Shown: piece by piece, positions 33,718 through 42,429 of the stretch | How the letters are laid out: every line of letters starts with the position of its first letter | Numbering within the stretch: the stretch's first letter is position 1 | From: a virus | Taxonomy: Duplodnaviria; Caudoviricetes | Reading direction: 5' to 3' (one strand) | Virus record (IMG/VR): IMGVR_UViG_3300024283_000302 | Coordinates: 1-42,715 of that record | Length of the DNA stretch: 42,715 nt | Program-made: the position numbers and the translations under genes | Notes under the pieces: model-generated | Database searches by the model: none | What the model was told of the DNA's origin: nothing | The model's input: only the letters and a program-made list of their open reading frames with translations

Positions 33718-33970
33718 TTTTCTGACTTTCGCAAAAGCGCAGAAGCAACTCCGCAAGACTGGTTACTCACGGGCCGCTGGCGATGGCTACGCGGCGATGT
33801 GGGCAGAAGCGATACAGACCAAGCACGGAGGGGACGCAGCCAAGTATTACCAGTATTTACAGGAGTTCTCCGATGGCACGGAGCTGGGGATTCGCACACT
33901 GGCGATGGTGCTCGCCAAGGACAGGGCGAAAGCATGGGACGTGCTTATGGGAATCGTGGTGCCGTCGTGA
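33710..33970 (+). CDS. Early hypothetical protein
   Basis: ATG 33710, overlapping neighbours. Confidence 0.55.
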   Translation: MHNFLTFAKAQKQLRKTGYSRAAGDGYAAMWAEAIQTKHGGDAAKYYQYLQEFSDGTELGIRTLAMVLAKDRAKAWDVLMGIVVPS

Positions 33971-34206
33971 TTCGCGTGGTGCATGACAATGCGGTTTTGC
34001 TCCAGCGTGGTTACGTGCGCTTAGAAGAACCCCTCACGCCGGATTTACCGGGATTCTGCACAATGCAACGACTCCACCACAAGTACGATGTGAAGTGGAG
34101 CGGCATCGCGGCGTTTCGTCTCGCGGAGGGCTGGGCGTTCTATCGCCATCCGAAAGCGGAAGCGGGATTTGTGGACGGGCCGATATTGCCGGCGGTGAAA
34201 TCATGA
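33967..34206 (+). CDS. Early hypothetical protein
   Basis: GTGA overlap. Confidence 0.5.
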   Translation: MIRVVHDNAVLLQRGYVRLEEPLTPDLPGFCTMQRLHHKYDVKWSGIAAFRLAEGWAFYRHPKAEAGFVDGPILPAVKS

Positions 34207-34664
34207 CCGCGACTTATGAAATCAAACGCGACGAAACCGACCATCGCAAGGTGAAGCCGTGGATGGTCGTCAAGGATGGAATACCGCTGGAGTGGGATCG
34301 TGGAAGCAAGGGCTACCCGATGCATTTCCCTAGTCGAAAGGAAGCGCAGGCCGAGATTGATAAGGACATCGCCTGGGACGCCTATTTGGAGCGGCTGTAT
34401 GAACAGGACGCGACTGGTTATGTCTGGACGGCCGATGAGCAGCGGCAGATAGATGAGTACGCGGTAGTGCTCAAGGCCAATGGGGAAAGCTGGACATTTT
34501 GTGGGAAGTTTACGGCACAAGTGATTGCACGGCACCAGCATCAGAAGGATGCGGATGTACTCAAGAGCGATTCGTGGATTGACCCTAAGCGCATTCATGC
34601 TGAAAAGCGCAGAGTCATGGCGGCGAGGGTCGAAGCGTTCAAGAGAGCGGGGATAGAACTATGA
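34203..34664 (+). CDS. Early hypothetical protein
   Basis: ATGA overlaps at both ends; FPSRKEAQA motif. Confidence 0.65.
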   Translation: MTATYEIKRDETDHRKVKPWMVVKDGIPLEWDRGSKGYPMHFPSRKEAQAEIDKDIAWDAYLERLYEQDATGYVWTADEQRQIDEYAVVLKANGESWTFCGKFTAQVIARHQHQKDADVLKSDSWIDPKRIHAEKRRVMAARVEAFKRAGIEL

Positions 34665-34858
34665 GCTACGAAGGCTATCGCTACGTGCGGAGCTATGGCG
34701 CGGATTTCTCCCGCGACCCGCGCAAGGACGCGAGCAAGCCCGCGTGGGCGTTGTGGGAGGTAGTGAACGGACGTGCGCGGCGGGTTGGCCGGGCCGATAC
34801 CGAATACCAATATCTTGCCTTCTTGTTTCGCGGTCCGGTTGAGGCCAGGTATTTATGA
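34661..34858 (+). CDS. Early hypothetical protein
   Basis: ATGA overlap; 65 aa. Confidence 0.55.
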   Translation: MSYEGYRYVRSYGADFSRDPRKDASKPAWALWEVVNGRARRVGRADTEYQYLAFLFRGPVEARYL

Positions 34859-34910
34859 AGCGGCGGGGAAACGCGCAACACCTCGCCGCGTTAAAAAGGA
34901 AGAGATTTTT

Positions 34911-35036
34911 ATGGAACGCAAACAATCAACTTTGCAACCGTCACGGTGGTTCGTCTTCGTCGTGGGCTTCGGAACGGCGGTCGTCTTCGGCTCACTCCTT
35001 CTCGCGTTGTTCAGCGTGGCGACGGGAGGGTTTTGA
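34911..35036 (+). CDS. Small single-TM peptide (41 aa)
   Basis: AGGAAG RBS; WFVFVVGFGTAVVFGSLLLALFSVA. Confidence 0.55.
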   Translation: MERKQSTLQPSRWFVFVVGFGTAVVFGSLLLALFSVATGGF

Positions 35037-35037
35037 A

Positions 35038-35301
35038 ATGCCGGACAATAATTGGACTGAAAATACAAAGTGGCCGCGCAGCGATTGGCAACAGGACGTA
35101 GCCAACGGCGATACTCAGCTTGGATATGCTGAGTGGGTCGAGCACAACAAAGAGTCTGCCACTCAAGCGGATATCACCATCCTGAACGAGATTGAGGATT
35201 TCATTACAAATAACTACGTAGAGCCGTTGTCCAGTTCCGATAAAGCTGAGATGTTTGAGCATATCGTGGACTTGATGGACAAACGCAAGGTGGCGAAATG
35301 A
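35038..35301 (+). CDS. Early protein with DWQ..VANGDT.LGY.EWV motif
   Basis: GGAGG RBS; motif recalled from phage early genes. Confidence 0.7.
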   Translation: MPDNNWTENTKWPRSDWQQDVANGDTQLGYAEWVEHNKESATQADITILNEIEDFITNNYVEPLSSSDKAEMFEHIVDLMDKRKVAK

Positions 35302-35528
35302 GCGCGGGCAAAAATGATCGTGACCTCGCCTCGTTCCTGCACGAGATCCTTTTAACGCCCTACCTCGACGGCCCCATCGCGCGGATCGAAGCGGCGGTGA
35401 CGAAGGTGGGGGTGCTGTCGGTGGAGGACCGGACGGCGGCGAAAGTTGAGGAGTACTACCGTGAGTATCGGAAGTTGGTGGGCGAGAGCGGACGGACGGT
35501 GCCACAATATAGCGATCCGGCGTTATAA
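35298..35528 (+). CDS. Early hypothetical protein
   Basis: ATGA overlap. Confidence 0.6.
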   Translation: MSAGKNDRDLASFLHEILLTPYLDGPIARIEAAVTKVGVLSVEDRTAAKVEEYYREYRKLVGESGRTVPQYSDPAL

Positions 35529-35576
35529 CACGACCGGCGCGAACGGCCCCGTGAGGGCCAGAGGGAAAGCGGGAAA

Positions 35577-36110
35577 ATGAGTTACACAACAGTAAAAGCG
35601 ATTTATCCGGGCGACCGGACAGAGAACTTGGAGGAGTTGAGCAATAGTCACGGGTCTGCTCCGCCAGTTTGGGAAGCGATGGCCAGAAAATATATCAGCA
35701 TCAGCAAGGCTTACGATTATCCCGGCGTTGGATGGATGCAGTGCTTAGATAAAATCTGGCCGCTCTGGAAGCGTACCGACATCCCGGAAGAGCATCGCTT
35801 AGTGCTCATGTTCACCTATGACCGGGCTTACGTGGCAAAGAAGGATTACGCGAGGATGGCCGCTGCAATCCGGCAATTCTTGAAAGACTTTCCGCCACAT
35901 GCCGGCCATGTCAACCACTGGAATCAGATTGCCGAACTGCTAGAAAGCGATCCCGATATTCCCGGCATTGGGCTCTACTGCACGTCAGTTTCGGAAGATC
36001 CATTTCACGGCCCATGGAACGAAGAGAAAGAAGAATACGACCCGCCGGACTGGAATGAGGTTTACGACCTCTGCCAAGAAATCGACAACTTAAAAATCGT
36101 AACGGCGTGA
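35577..36110 (+). CDS. Phage hypothetical protein (177 aa)
   Basis: NSHGSAPPVW...TYDRAYV...TSVSEDP. Confidence 0.75.
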   Translation: MSYTTVKAIYPGDRTENLEELSNSHGSAPPVWEAMARKYISISKAYDYPGVGWMQCLDKIWPLWKRTDIPEEHRLVLMFTYDRAYVAKKDYARMAAAIRQFLKDFPPHAGHVNHWNQIAELLESDPDIPGIGLYCTSVSEDPFHGPWNEEKEEYDPPDWNEVYDLCQEIDNLKIVTA

Positions 36111-36154
36111 CGGGCGCGGGGGATTCCGCAGGCAGAAGAGAGGGGCAAAGGAAA

Positions 36155-36358
36155 ATGGCAACAGAGAGTATTTTCAAACCAGTTCAAGAGTGCCTTCATT
36201 GCGATGAGCCGTTTCCGCTGACATATTTGCAGTGGCACGCTCAAAGAGCATTGAGGCGCGACGATCACATGGCGGTACTGACTTGTAAGAAGTGCGGTTG
36301 CTGGACGCCAGTTAAATTCAACAGTCGGGCAGCGTATCACATGCCAGAATCGGCGTAA
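36155..36358 (+). CDS. Zn-ribbon protein
   Basis: CLHC...CKKC; AAGGA RBS. Confidence 0.6.
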   Translation: MATESIFKPVQECLHCDEPFPLTYLQWHAQRALRRDDHMAVLTCKKCGCWTPVKFNSRAAYHMPESA

Positions 36359-36401
36359 ACCGGCGACCGGCAGCTAAGCAGGCCGGCAGAGGAGAGGGCA
36401 A

Positions 36402-36620
36402 ATGGCGACACGAACGCAGGAACTTTACACAATTACATTGCATTGGCTTGATGGCACAGAGAATGTGCTGGAGGGCTGGGGCGAGAATGATCGGCAGGCC
36501 GCTGCGGATGCGATGAGGTCTGCTGGTTATGGGGCTGGCGCACTGAGAGCGCTGGACTATTTCTCTGCCACGATCAAACTCGGCGCGGCGGCGGGGCGCG
36601 ATGCCCACGGAAAGGGGTAG
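36402..36620 (+). CDS. Small phage protein (LHWLDG...AGYGAGA..ALDYF)
   Basis: GGAG RBS; recurrent phage motif. Confidence 0.7.
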   Translation: MATRTQELYTITLHWLDGTENVLEGWGENDRQAAADAMRSAGYGAGALRALDYFSATIKLGAAAGRDAHGKG

Positions 36621-36624
36621 GAAG

Positions 36625-36801
36625 ATGGCGCGATTGATTGCAAAGTTCTGGGGTATGTGGCTTGGGCGTGGCCTGCCGGAAAATCACCGCTGTTTATCCT
36701 GTCCTGCGCCGTGCCGAACTGCTGGCGGATACGGCTGCAAAAAGGTTTGGCAGCGGGAATTTTGCACCAATCGCCTGTGTGGCAATTACGTGCCGTTTTA
36801 A
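36625..36801 (+). CDS. Cys-rich small protein
   Basis: AGGA RBS; six Cys. Confidence 0.5.
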   Translation: MARLIAKFWGMWLGRGLPENHRCLSCPAPCRTAGGYGCKKVWQREFCTNRLCGNYVPF

Positions 36802-36813
36802 GAGGATAGCGAT

Positions 36814-37008
36814 ATGGAAACCTACATGTACGGAACTGAATGCTCCATCTGCCATGAAGTAAACCCGAATGGACGCTACAAATCGCATGAGAGCCGGTTC
36901 TACATCTGCGAAAAGCATACACGGCAAGAAGTTGACGATTGGCAGAGCCGGCCTGCCGAACAAAATCGCAAGACTCGACGGCGGGGACTCAAGACGGGAA
37001 AGGAGTAA
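36814..37008 (+). CDS. Small Zn-finger protein
   Basis: CSIC...CEKH; GAGGA RBS. Confidence 0.6.
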   Translation: METYMYGTECSICHEVNPNGRYKSHESRFYICEKHTRQEVDDWQSRPAEQNRKTRRRGLKTGKE

Positions 37009-37012
37009 CACG

Positions 37013-37279
37013 ATGGCAACCACGGAACACAATAACAAGTGGATAAGCGTAAAGGACAGATTGCCAGATTGGCGCGGTAACGTTTTGGTATTTACGCAGC
37101 ACGGCGTTTCTATTGGGTGGCGCGATTTCTGTGATCCGCCCAACTGGACTCTGCTCTACGATCCGCATACGCACTTGGAGAGAACGCTCGACGAGGCCAT
37201 ATTGAACCAATCGAGAATCACGCACTGGATGCCATTGCCGGAACCACCTGACGCGGCGGCAACCGGGAAGGCAGGGTAA
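37013..37279 (+). CDS. DUF551-family protein
   Basis: WISVKDRLP...VLV...ITHWMPLPEPP. Confidence 0.9.
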   Translation: MATTEHNNKWISVKDRLPDWRGNVLVFTQHGVSIGWRDFCDPPNWTLLYDPHTHLERTLDEAILNQSRITHWMPLPEPPDAAATGKAG

Positions 37280-37308
37280 CGAGATGGCGGGGAGCACACC
37301 GATTTCTA

Positions 37309-37337
37309 TTGACTCTCGAAACACGAAAGGGGAGAAT
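37309..37337 (+). promoter_or_regulatory. Internal early/middle promoter
   Basis: TTGACT-N17-GAGAAT-N6-ATG. Confidence 0.55.
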
Positions 37338-37343
37338 TGCATC

Positions 37344-37457
37344 ATGAACAAAAATGATAATAACGCAATTCGCGGTATCGCCATCGGCCTCGCGATCTCC
37401 GCGGCGATGTGGTTCAGCGGTTACGTGGCGTGGCGGGTGGTGAGGTGGTTGTGGTAA
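37344..37457 (+). CDS. 37-aa single-TM peptide (not in ORF track)
   Basis: MNKNDNNAIRGIAIGLAISAAMWFSGYVAWRVVRWLW. Confidence 0.6.
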   Translation: MNKNDNNAIRGIAIGLAISAAMWFSGYVAWRVVRWLW

Positions 37458-37630
37458 CGAACGCAATACGTTGGCTCGTCAAAATCTGGAGCATTGTCGG
37501 ACTACGATGGTGTTATAAATGCCAGAAACGAATGCGCCTATGGGGATTCTCGCTCGGTTCCGCACCCGGCGCGGCATCACGGGAGTATTACTGCGAGTGC
37601 GAGATTGAGGAGGATGGAATCGAATGGTAA
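37451..37630 (+). CDS. Small Zn-ribbon protein
   Basis: GAGG RBS; CYKC...CEC. Confidence 0.5.
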   Translation: MVTNAIRWLVKIWSIVGLRWCYKCQKRMRLWGFSLGSAPGAASREYYCECEIEEDGIEW

Positions 37631-37932
37631 CGAACATAGTGGAGAATCCAACCGTAACACGATCGTCTACGGACGTGTGCGAGATTTACGCGTGCGCGGA
37701 GTGCGGTGCCAAGCGCGTTTGGGGCCACGCCACAACGCGCCCGGGCGTGTTCCCGCCCGAACCCACCCCGGCGCTACGGTGCGAGAGGTGCGGGACCACC
37801 CGGCACCATGGATTCGTCGAAACCCGCGCCCTGGACGTTAGCGTGACGCTGGGGTGGCGGGGCGAGGCCGGCGCGACCGAAGCCCGTGTTATCGCGGTGC
37901 GGTGGCACAGACGGGACGGAGGGGAGTTATGA
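37624..37932 (+). CDS. Zn-ribbon protein
   Basis: GGAGG RBS; CAEC...CERC...H. Confidence 0.65.
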   Translation: MVTNIVENPTVTRSSTDVCEIYACAECGAKRVWGHATTRPGVFPPEPTPALRCERCGTTRHHGFVETRALDVSVTLGWRGEAGATEARVIAVRWHRRDGGEL

Positions 37933-38162
37933 GATTTAGAGATAAAATCCGGCCCGCTGACGGTACGGAAACATTCAACACGCCGTTCGCATGGTTTCCA
38001 ACCCGCGTTACCATCCACATCGGACCCGTCCAACACGTCCAATGGGTGTGGTTGCGGCGGTATTGCGAAACGCGAACGTATTATCGTTACCCCGGCCCGG
38101 GCGATTTCTGGACTGCGAAACGCTGGTTGCCGTCCGAACACGAAAAGGAGAATCAAAAATGA
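37929..38162 (+). CDS. Small phage protein (FAWFP...WVWL type)
   Basis: ATGA overlap; motif. Confidence 0.65.
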   Translation: MRFRDKIRPADGTETFNTPFAWFPTRVTIHIGPVQHVQWVWLRRYCETRTYYRYPGPGDFWTAKRWLPSEHEKENQK

Positions 38163-38425
38163 CCGATCTCACCCACCGCGTAACGTGGCGCGAGAAATTC
38201 CGCACGTTGCTGCAACTTGGATTTACGAACCAGGGAACGCACATCCGGACGCTGAAGGACTCACCATCACGCCAACGTTCGCGCCGAGCGGCGTTCGTCC
38301 GCCGCAACCGCGAACTTATCGAGACGTATGGGTACAATCTCCCGCGACGGGTCCGGAGGCGGATTGCGTGGGACGGCGCGACCGTGCCGAGCGTGGGGCG
38401 CTGGGCCGGGAAGAGGGAGGGGTAG
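38159..38425 (+). CDS. Arg-rich hypothetical protein
   Basis: AAGGAG RBS; ATGA overlap. Confidence 0.6.
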   Translation: MTDLTHRVTWREKFRTLLQLGFTNQGTHIRTLKDSPSRQRSRRAAFVRRNRELIETYGYNLPRRVRRRIAWDGATVPSVGRWAGKREG

Positions 38426-38429
38426 GGCG

Positions 38430-38519
38430 ATGTTCTGGATTGGCATGTTGTTAGTAACGCTGGTGGGATTTGAAACGTGTTTATACCTGATTGAGCGAGG
38501 GGGCGGCGATGGAAAATAG
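38430..38519 (+). CDS. 29-aa TM peptide
   Basis: GGAGG RBS; MFWIGMLLVTLVGFETCLYLI. Confidence 0.45.
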   Translation: MFWIGMLLVTLVGFETCLYLIERGGGDGK

Positions 38520-39897
38520 CGGACGGTGCGAGAAGATTATGGCGCACAAAATGGGCCAACAGAAATGCGGTGGTGCGCCGAACGATTTATTGCACACAGA
38601 CAAGAGCAGCATTTTCTATCATACGTTCGAGCCCGAGCCCATCTCAGGCGAAGCGTCCCGCTCGGTAGACCGTTACTTTCGCGGCGATGGCGTAGAAGAG
38701 AAAGTGACGCATCAACCTGTGACATTCGCGGCGGGCGGAGCAGCCACGGGGGAGCAGCCGTCAGAATTAATTGTTGGTGAACCGTGCCCGTTATGTGAAC
38801 GAAAGTATCTTGGCAAAATGGGGCCGGGAGATTATAGCTGTGTTACCTGTGGAATGGGCATGGAAGAACCTTGCGAGCACTGGAAAAACCTAATAGCAAA
38901 TGTCGCGGCCCGTCCCGTGAGCGGCACAGAGCCACCAACATGTTTCTGCAAAAGTGAGATAGGCGATAACCCAAATTGTCCGCTAATGACGGAAGCAACA
39001 CAGGAAGCGATTAGATTTTTACGCTGGTCTGCAATGGATGGGCGCAACACAAACACCGAGCAGGCGGGGAAAATAGCTGACGGCCTCGCGGCGGCGGCAT
39101 CTCCCCAAGCCCCGGCCCCGCCACAGTGTAAAGGCTGTGTCAGCGGTTCTCTGGAATCGTTTGAGCATGACGGCTGCCTGACGGATAAAACACTGGGCAA
39201 AGAGCTAGGCCGCTGGCAGCAGGCAATCTATGAGTTGTGCCGTAAACACGCGATTGCGCCAGATTGCATTGACGGCGGCGGAACAGATTCAGGCGACCCG
39301 CTGGACTTCACACTTTCGGAAATCGGCCAAGTAATCTGCCAACTGGAAAATCCGCAAGACTACGGCGGCGCGTCCCTAGAGCTGGAGCGGATCGCGCGGG
39401 AGATCGCGGACGCATTGTTGGCAATGCCGTTCACGTTGGATAGTCTAGGCCGCAAGCACAAAGATCATTGGTATTCGACCATTCTTGCTGTCTTATCCCG
39501 CAGCCTGGAGGGGCGCGGAGGGGAGCTGGACGCGGGAGATGCAAAGAACTTCCTTGGCCCGCAAGTCGCCTTAAAACTTAACGGGGACAAGAGCAGCGAC
39601 GAACTCCTGCTACATGCTGCCGAGAATGCGCTAAGTGCGGCTAAAAAGTGGTGGGCAAAAGAGCGGGATGGGTTCGTAATTGGATTCAGTGGCACTGGCC
39701 TAGCGACACAGGCCGAATATGCTATTCCTTCCGCGCTTGCAGCTTTCTCTTTATCTCGTGACGGGGAGCTGGACGCTAAGCCGACATGCTGTGGCAATCC
39801 ATTCCAGTCAACCACTTGCGGTAATTGTGGCTTGCCTGACCAATATTCTGCGCCGAAGCCCGCACAAATTAACGATTCTGTCCGTAATGATAAGTAG
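38509..39897 (+). CDS. Mosaic multi-module protein (Ea/Eaa-like)
   Basis: Several small Cys modules joined by Ala/Pro and GELDA linkers. Confidence 0.7.
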   Translation: MENSGRCEKIMAHKMGQQKCGGAPNDLLHTDKSSIFYHTFEPEPISGEASRSVDRYFRGDGVEEKVTHQPVTFAAGGAATGEQPSELIVGEPCPLCERKYLGKMGPGDYSCVTCGMGMEEPCEHWKNLIANVAARPVSGTEPPTCFCKSEIGDNPNCPLMTEATQEAIRFLRWSAMDGRNTNTEQAGKIADGLAAAASPQAPAPPQCKGCVSGSLESFEHDGCLTDKTLGKELGRWQQAIYELCRKHAIAPDCIDGGGTDSGDPLDFTLSEIGQVICQLENPQDYGGASLELERIAREIADALLAMPFTLDSLGRKHKDHWYSTILAVLSRSLEGRGGELDAGDAKNFLGPQVALKLNGDKSSDELLLHAAENALSAAKKWWAKERDGFVIGFSGTGLATQAEYAIPSALAAFSLSRDGELDAKPTCCGNPFQSTTCGNCGLPDQYSAPKPAQINDSVRNDK

Positions 39898-40343
39898 GAG
39901 GATTTTATGACGTTCGACTTAAATGGATTTTTTGACAGGGCTGAAATGTTCAGCGTCATGGATGAGGCGGCATCGCATCTGCGCGTAGCTCTGGTACAAA
40001 TACTGCCAACTGACGATCAAATCATTATGGGCCACGTGCGGGAGGCATTATCACTGTTGGAATTGAAAGAACCTGAACCAATGGGATTTATTGAAAAGGG
40101 CCTGACTACGCCCGGTTCCAGTCCTATTTATCCAATCAAGAATGAAACCGATTACCGAATGGCTCTCGCTAGAGTAGAGATTATCTTTGATGCAGAGTTA
40201 AATACGCCAGAAGGTTATGAATTAGATGCTCTAGTTACCCTGATAGAAGCGTATGAGAATAAGCATTACCCTCTGGTCGCTCCCTCTGTGATAGGAATGC
40301 AACCCACGCCGACATACAACAAAGCCGAAGGGGAGCTAGACGC
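39520..40343 (+). repeat. Dispersed 14-bp in-frame linker repeat GGGGAGCTGGACGC (GELDA), three copies
   Basis: 39520-39533 and 39763-39776 identical; 40330-40343 has one mismatch. Confidence 0.85.
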
Positions 40344-40794
40344 GCTACGCAGAGAGCGGGATGACTTACGTTCGCGGTCAGAGTTCAAAGATGGTGAGTG
40401 TTTCACCTGCAAGAAACATACAAGCAGTTTAGCCGGGAATCCTAGTCTGTGGCCATTGTGGCTTACCTATCACGGCGGGAACGGAAAATGGAGATGTTAT
40501 CACTACGGTTGCGTGACAGCAGCGGTCGCTTCCGAGGCCCGGGCCGCGCAACTGGAAGCGGCGTTGCGGCGAATTGCGGATAAACCGTGTGGCGTTTGGC
40601 ATCAAGGCGAAGGTGGCCCAACTTGTTTAGGCGTTCTGAAACACGCAAGAGAGAACCCAGAACGATACGTGGACAAGTTCAGGGCAGAGATATTGAACAA
40701 GGAACACCTTTGCGATAGTTGCTTTGCAAAAGACGTGTGTGAGGCCGCGCTGTCCGTCCCCGTGGCGCAACACACGCCGGAGCCATCCAAATGA
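39907..40794 (+). CDS. Mosaic protein containing HigA-antitoxin N-terminal domain
   Basis: AGGAGG RBS; PIKNETDYRMALARVEIIFDAELNTPEGYELDALVTLIEAYENKHYP at 40126-40275; no HTH. Confidence 0.75.
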   Translation: MTFDLNGFFDRAEMFSVMDEAASHLRVALVQILPTDDQIIMGHVREALSLLELKEPEPMGFIEKGLTTPGSSPIYPIKNETDYRMALARVEIIFDAELNTPEGYELDALVTLIEAYENKHYPLVAPSVIGMQPTPTYNKAEGELDALRRERDDLRSRSEFKDGECFTCKKHTSSLAGNPSLWPLWLTYHGGNGKWRCYHYGCVTAAVASEARAAQLEAALRRIADKPCGVWHQGEGGPTCLGVLKHARENPERYVDKFRAEILNKEHLCDSCFAKDVCEAALSVPVAQHTPEPSK

Positions 40795-40985
40795 CCGACC
40801 ACGACGCCACAACCACTGTGAAATGCCCGGAGTGTGGGCGGAAAATCGCGACGTTATCACCGTGCGTCAAGACGCTGGTGGACCCTGAATTCCGCTGCCG
40901 GTGCGGCGAAAGAGGAACGCTCGTGTGGCGCCGGGGGACGGACGCGGTTATTCGTGGTCGGGTGCGGAAGGACGTGGCGAAATGA
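40791..40985 (+). CDS. Zn-ribbon protein
   Basis: VKCPECGR...CRCG. Confidence 0.65.
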   Translation: MTDHDATTTVKCPECGRKIATLSPCVKTLVDPEFRCRCGERGTLVWRRGTDAVIRGRVRKDVAK

Positions 40986-41362
40986 TCCGTTGTGGCGTCG
41001 CACCGTTTCTCGAATGTTCGACGGTGGGAGACCGCCGCCTCTCCGCGTTCGTCGCGACGGTGGATGGGCGGTCGATTGAGGAAACGTACCAGGCGGCGAA
41101 GGTTTTAGAGGACGGTCGCACGGGGTTGGGGTGGCGCGTGGCGAAGGGCCGTAAAGCGGTGAACGCGGTTGAGTGCGCCGAGTTGTATTCGTGGTTGTGG
41201 GATCGTTACATCGCGGAACACCCGGAGCTACTCGCGTGGATCCGCAAATGGCCGGGGTTGAGCGATAGGTTCGGGCGGGAGGGCCGGTGTTGCCAAGCGG
41301 TCGAGCTTTGGAGAATTCGCAACGCGCCCGACAAAATGTCGAGTGACGGGGAACACCAATAG
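40982..41362 (+). CDS. NADAR-like protein (DarT1-associated NADAR antitoxin type)
   Basis: LECSTVGDRRLSAF...SIEETYQAAKV...KG...YSWLW...HPEL...LSDRF...CCQA. Confidence 0.65.
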   Translation: MIRCGVAPFLECSTVGDRRLSAFVATVDGRSIEETYQAAKVLEDGRTGLGWRVAKGRKAVNAVECAELYSWLWDRYIAEHPELLAWIRKWPGLSDRFGREGRCCQAVELWRIRNAPDKMSSDGEHQ

Positions 41363-41469
41363 TAAGCACCGCGCTACCACTCCTCTCACCCCGCGTTCCA
41401 CACGTCCGAGCACGGTGAGAGAGAAAACGAATGGTCGTAAACGTGCTAGGGATAGAGTGGAGGAAATTT

Positions 41470-42234
41470 ATGACCGCTTTGAAGATTGTTTCGAAACACA
41501 CCCCGACCACGCCCGACCCTAAAACCCCCGTCCCCGCCGTCCCGATCACCGTTCTGCCCCCGCGCGAAGGCGCGAAGGCCGTGTTGGACGTGGGTGCGTT
41601 GGAGCCGGCCCTGCGCCGTAAAGTGGACTCGTGGTACGACGAATTGCGCGTGGATATGGTCGCGTTTGGAAAGGCCGGGTTGAAGATCGGGCGGGTGCTC
41701 GCCGAAGCCCGGGCCACTCTGAAGCCCCTGGGCGTGTGGGGGGCGTTTTTGAACCGTATCCCCGGGATGAGCGGGCGCACGGGCGAACGCTTCATTAAAC
41801 GCTACGAGATGGCGAGGAAAACGCTCCCCGAGAGCGTCCTGGCCCTCGCCGTGACCTCGGGCGTCGATATCGCCGGATCGGTCGAGGAGAAGCCGTTTGG
41901 ACGCTATACAGGGGCCGTACGGAAGGTCGGCGCCCCGCCGCGGGACACCGGGAAGGCGGAACACGACACCGAGCGCGCACGGGTGTGGTTGGGCCGCGTG
42001 CTCGTGGTCCAAGCGAAGGAGAAAGCGGCCGCACGGAAGCGTGTGGACCCGACCGCGCGGGCGTCGGAGCAGTTGGTGACGGCGGTGGAGCGTTACGCCG
42101 AGGAGAAACGCCCCCAGGTTACGTTCCTCTCACAGGTGCTCAAGCGGACGCTGAAGTCCCTAGGCTGGGGCGAGTTGTTGGTGATGCAAGGAAGGAGCAC
42201 GGGCGCGCACGACGGTCACAAAAAGGCCGCATAG
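41470..42234 (+). CDS. DUF3102-like protein
   Basis: GAGGA RBS; KIGRVLAEARATL..LGVWGAFL...MSGRTGERFIK. Confidence 0.65.
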   Translation: MTALKIVSKHTPTTPDPKTPVPAVPITVLPPREGAKAVLDVGALEPALRRKVDSWYDELRVDMVAFGKAGLKIGRVLAEARATLKPLGVWGAFLNRIPGMSGRTGERFIKRYEMARKTLPESVLALAVTSGVDIAGSVEEKPFGRYTGAVRKVGAPPRDTGKAEHDTERARVWLGRVLVVQAKEKAAARKRVDPTARASEQLVTAVERYAEEKRPQVTFLSQVLKRTLKSLGWGELLVMQGRSTGAHDGHKKAA

Positions 42235-42244
42235 GAGGTGTCGT

Positions 42245-42400
42245 ATGAACCCAATCGAAAAGTTGCGCCGGGCCGAGATCGCGTTAAGGAACGCCGAGGC
42301 GACCGAGCGCCTGGCGCATCTGGACGCCCTGCGGTGTCTCGAAAACTACCGCGACGCCCTGCGCGAGGCGGTTGTGCTGGAGCGGGGGAGGGCGGCTTAG
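42245..42400 (+). CDS. Helical 51-aa protein (not in ORF track)
   Basis: AGGAGG RBS; MNPIEKLRRAEIALRNAEA... Confidence 0.6.
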   Translation: MNPIEKLRRAEIALRNAEATERLAHLDALRCLENYRDALREAVVLERGRAA

Positions 42401-42429
42401 TGCCCGAACGCGACACGAAGGAGATAAAA

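Noticed and set aside
40857-41795. 312-aa minus-strand ORF
   Set aside because: Shadow of three well-supported + strand genes
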